The notes under the pieces were generated by a model. That model was not told the origin of the DNA. It was given only the letters and a program-made list of their open reading frames with translations, and ran no database searches. Both the position numbers and the translations under genes were made by a program. Of a stretch of 64,000 nt of DNA, positions 60,570-64,000 are shown piece after piece (position 1 is the first letter of the stretch; each line of letters begins with the position of its first letter). Origin of the DNA: an uncultured delta proteobacterium (lineage in GTDB: Bacteria; Myxococcota; Myxococcia; Myxococcales; Myxococcaceae); the NCBI GenBank assembly GCA_963776345.1, contig CAVZMH010000018.1:133704-197703 (forward strand), given 5' to 3'.

Positions 60570-61020
60570 CGGACTCGACGCCTACCAGGGGAGGCCGAAA
60601 CCCCTCCCTCACTAACACCAGCTACTCGCCCTCGTCCTCCAGACGCCAAATCGTCGGGATTTTTCCCGGCGGCGAGCATGCTCCGCTCCTTTAAGAACTG
60701 CGAGACCGCGGTCCTCGCATTCTCGGGAATCGGGCCTTGGTCCTGAAGTCGCTGCCGGCGGTTGAGACCGCCGGATCAAGCCCAGTTGCCCACGGACGAA
60801 GTCCGCGCGCTCGCTGCCGGCGACGGGCCGGTTGGTCCATCCTTGGTCCAAGCGGCGGAGGAGGGGAGCGAAGGGGCCGGGCCGACGGAGGCAAAACCCC
60901 GTTGCAGCCTGGGTTGTTGCAGAAGCGTGGAGTACGGGACTTGAAGACGTCTACGGCTGTCCGTCGGCCGCAGTCGAGGAACACTCCTCCGGCGTGAACT
61001 CGGCCACGACGCGGCTCCGC

Positions 61021-63528
61021 TCACTCGCAGGCGTATCTCCCGGCCTCGACGCGGCGGCACCGGTCCGGCGGGCCTCGCTTCTCCCAGACGTCCACCATGC
61101 CGATTCGCCGCGCCGCCTCGGAGAACCCCGGAAGCCGCCGCACCTGCCGTCCGTACGGTGTCCACAGCAGGACAAACGTGTTGCTATCGCTCGATGTGGG
61201 GCCCCGGGCAAGAAGCTCCAGAGCCGCGGCTGGCTGTCCGAGGCGAATCAGCGCATACGGGGCACCGCCGCTCACCACCTTGGGCCTGCTTGCGAGATAG
61301 CCCTGGATCCGAGCCACCGCCTCGGCCCGTGCCTGGGCGTCGCCGTGGACTCCTCGTGCGACCGCGGCGGCGGTTCCCTCCGGCAGATCCGCCGCCACGA
61401 CCGCGAGACCTTCCGCGAGGCGCCCCGCGGCCTCCTCCGGTCGCCCATGCATCTCCGCGAAGTAGGAGAGCACCACGCCGACGAAGGACAGGCCTGCGTC
61501 GCGCGCACGCAAGGCGAGGCGTTCGGCGAGCGCATCGTCTCCCTCGTCGAGGGCTGCGAGCGCGCGCCAGTTCAGGGCATTTCCGTACAGCGGATCGAGC
61601 GTCAGGACACGGTCCAGCGCCCGTGCGCTCGCCCGCACGTAGCCGAGGTTCATCAGAAGCGCCGCCGACCAGAAGTTGGCGGTCACGTCGTCCGGATCGA
61701 GTTGGAGGGCGCGGTCCAACGCGGCCTGCGCCGCCTCGTACTGTCGGCGGGAGGCGAACAGAAGCCCGAGGACCGCGTGCGGCTCGGCAAGCGTGGGATC
61801 GAGCTCTATCGCCCGCCGGGCCGCTTGCTCGGCCGAGCGCATCGGGCTCTCGAAGTCGCTGCGCCGGTAATTGGGCATGATTGCCCAGAGCGCGCCGAGT
61901 CGTGACCACGCCCGCGCGTATCCCGGGTCAAGCTGTACCGCCTGCTCCAGCTGCGCAATCGCATCGGAAAACCGTTCGCCGTCCCGCCGGTTGAAGATCG
62001 CAGTCGCCTGGAGATAGAGCGCGTACGCCTCTGGATTGTTCGTTGCGACCGGGACGAGCCGGCTCCGCTGATCGCCCTGCAGCACGATGTTCAGCTCGTC
62101 CGTGATGGACCGAGCGATCTTTTCCTGGAGATCGAAGACGTTGGTCAGGTCACCCTCGAAGGTATGCGACCAGAGATGGAAACCGTCCGCCGCCTTGATG
62201 AGCTGGGCCGTGATTCGCACGCGATTCCCCGACTTGCGGACCGAGCCCTCCACGATGTTGGCCACGCCGAGTGTCTCCGCGATGGTACGGAGGTCCTGGT
62301 TCTTTCCCTTGAACTGGAAGGAGGAGGTACGCCCGGCCACCTTGAGCCCCTTGACCCGGGCCAGCGCGTCGAGAAGCTCCTCGGTGATTCCGTCCGAGAA
62401 GTACTCCTGCTCCTTGTCGGAGCTGAGGTTCACGAACGGGAGGACGGCGATGGACGGCGTCCCTTCCGCAACGCGGGACGTCGCCGCGCCGAGACCGGCG
62501 CGCTGGCCGACTGAGGGCGCTCGTCCGACGACGAACCAGACCCCCGCCCCGACCGCCAGGAGTCCGAGCACGGCCGCGGCCGGAACCCACGAAGGCCGTC
62601 GCCATGAAGACGCAGGTGCTGCTGCGCTGACCGTGGACCCGGTGGTCGGCGCCCGCAGCGCCTCGAGGTGGAAGGCGAGATCTCGCGCGGACTGGAATCG
62701 CCGGCCCGCGTCCTTCTCCAGGCATCGGCGGACGACCTGGGCGACGCTGGACGGGACGGTGGCCGGCAGCGGCTCGGGCTCGTTGTGCAGGATGGCGTAG
62801 CTGCTCTCGACGGCCGAGGCTCCGGGAAACGCACGCCCCCCGGACAGGAGTTCGTGGAGCACCGCCCCCAGACTGAAGAGATCGGATCGCGCATCGACCG
62901 GCTCGCCGCGCAGCTGCTCCGGGGACATGTAGCCGGGTGTGCCAATGACCAGGCCGGTGGCCGTGTTCCCGCTCATCGACGGCGCGGTGTGCTGGAGCAG
63001 GTCATGCGGTCCGGACTCGGCCGCAGTCTCCGGCTCATGGGCGGCGGCGGCGATGACCTTGGCGATGCCGAAGTCGAGCAGCTTCACGTGCCCGTCGCGG
63101 GACACCAGGACGTTTTCCGGCTTGAGATCTCGGTGAACGATGCCCCGCTCGTGCGCCGCGGCCAGCCCCTCGGCCATCTGCGAGGCCCAGGCCAGGGCGG
63201 TCTGGAGCGGCACCGGGCCCTTCCCCATCCGCGTCCGGAGCGTTTCTCCCTGGAGGAGCTCGGTGACGAAGTAGGGCTTCCCCTCGTGGACGCCGACATC
63301 GTGAAGTGCAACCACGTTCGGGTGAGTGACCAATCCCACGAGCCGCGCCTCTCGCTCGAAGCGCTCGACGAACGCCCGGTCCGCACCCAGGGCCTCGGAG
63401 ACCACCTTGATGGCGACCTCGCGCCCGAGCCGCGTGTCTCGCGCCCGGTAGACCTCGGCCATTCCGCCGGCGCCGAGAAGTGCGACGACCTCGTAGGGCC
63501 CAAGACGGACGCCGGAGGCCAAGCGCAT
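61021..63528 (-). CDS. Ser/Thr protein kinase with TM segment, TolB-like domain and TPR repeats
   Basis: LGAGGMAEVY, VAIKV, HRDLKPEN, DFG, GTPGYMSPEQ; SIAVLPFVNLSSDKEQEYFSDGITEE; TPR helices. Confidence 0.93.
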   Translation of the reverse strand: MRLASGVRLGPYEVVALLGAGGMAEVYRARDTRLGREVAIKVVSEALGADRAFVERFEREARLVGLVTHPNVVALHDVGVHEGKPYFVTELLQGETLRTRMGKGPVPLQTALAWASQMAEGLAAAHERGIVHRDLKPENVLVSRDGHVKLLDFGIAKVIAAAAHEPETAAESGPHDLLQHTAPSMSGNTATGLVIGTPGYMSPEQLRGEPVDARSDLFSLGAVLHELLSGGRAFPGASAVESSYAILHNEPEPLPATVPSSVAQVVRRCLEKDAGRRFQSARDLAFHLEALRAPTTGSTVSAAAPASSWRRPSWVPAAAVLGLLAVGAGVWFVVGRAPSVGQRAGLGAATSRVAEGTPSIAVLPFVNLSSDKEQEYFSDGITEELLDALARVKGLKVAGRTSSFQFKGKNQDLRTIAETLGVANIVEGSVRKSGNRVRITAQLIKAADGFHLWSHTFEGDLTNVFDLQEKIARSITDELNIVLQGDQRSRLVPVATNNPEAYALYLQATAIFNRRDGERFSDAIAQLEQAVQLDPGYARAWSRLGALWAIMPNYRRSDFESPMRSAEQAARRAIELDPTLAEPHAVLGLLFASRRQYEAAQAALDRALQLDPDDVTANFWSAALLMNLGYVRASARALDRVLTLDPLYGNALNWRALAALDEGDDALAERLALRARDAGLSFVGVVLSYFAEMHGRPEEAAGRLAEGLAVVAADLPEGTAAAVARGVHGDAQARAEAVARIQGYLASRPKVVSGGAPYALIRLGQPAAALELLARGPTSSDSNTFVLLWTPYGRQVRRLPGFSEAARRIGMVDVWEKRGPPDRCRRVEAGRYACE

Positions 63529-64000
63529 GGTCCGGGACCTTACACGGCCATCCACTCAGGTTTCATCGCTCGGCTCGGCCGGAACCACGGGGGGTGGGTT
63601 CACGGGGGCGGCGGTCGACGCCGGCCCGCGCCCCGGGGAAGCCTCTGCGTGTGGCCGTCCCCGCGCGGGCGTGGCCGGGACTCCGCGCAGAGGCTGTGCG
63701 ACGAGAGGATCGGGAGGTTGGTCATCGGGGCCAGAGGATCCGCAGCGCGGGGCGGAGGAGGCCGCCTGGGCTTCTCGCCTGAGAAGCGCTCCCCCGACCC
63801 GCACGAGCTCAGGCTGCCCCGGGTGCCTCGAAACGACGAGACTGCGTCGACCGCGCCCGCTTCGCGCTGAAGCTCGAGCACCGGGCCTCCATGTGGACGG
63901 GACCAGGCCCAACGAGAGCGCGATCAGCCAGGAGTCGTGGCGTCTCCGTGGCGTGACTTCGGAGCGCCTCGGAAACCCGCAGCAACCTCAACGACTTGGA

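Noticed and set aside
63556..64000. Short ORFs at the right edge
   Set aside because: No motif, RBS or consistent codon bias recognised; cannot be supported without flanking sequence.

Overview
GC-rich, myxobacterium-like DNA (inferred from MYXO-CTERM-type C-termini, PDAG linkers, a eukaryotic-type Ser/Thr kinase and many sigma-54 elements). About 45 CDSs are supported; no rRNA, tRNA, CRISPR array or transposase was recognised. From 1 to 26 kb: an MBL hydrolase, 3-hydroxybutyrate dehydrogenase, a cNMP-TrxB-like oxidoreductase, a TolC-MdtABC RND operon divergent from a second RND pair, two small exported c-type cytochromes, a Mg2+ P-type ATPase and an ABC exporter. From 26 to 48 kb: a peroxiredoxin, an apparent fusion of a PQQ-type sugar dehydrogenase, a pentaheme cytochrome c and a MYXO-CTERM anchor, regulator/target pairs with visible operators (LysR, LuxR-ATPase, SARP-ATPase), a beta-helix lipoprotein and a PLP decarboxylase. 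From 49 to 59.4 kb: a general-stress-like island (CsbD, YmgE, hemerythrin, DUF1328 and other small proteins) with a sigma-54 activator, a CHASE3 phosphorelay and a sigma-32-family factor. The two best leads are (i) five sigma-54 promoters in that island served by four copies of a tandem 15-bp palindrome at a fixed 19-bp period, plus two RpoH-type promoters, suggesting a self-contained regulatory cascade, and (ii) the surface-anchored quino-multiheme protein. Many genes between 1.3 and 47 kb carry frameshifts that look like long-read consensus errors. All family calls come from motif recognition by eye, not database searches.
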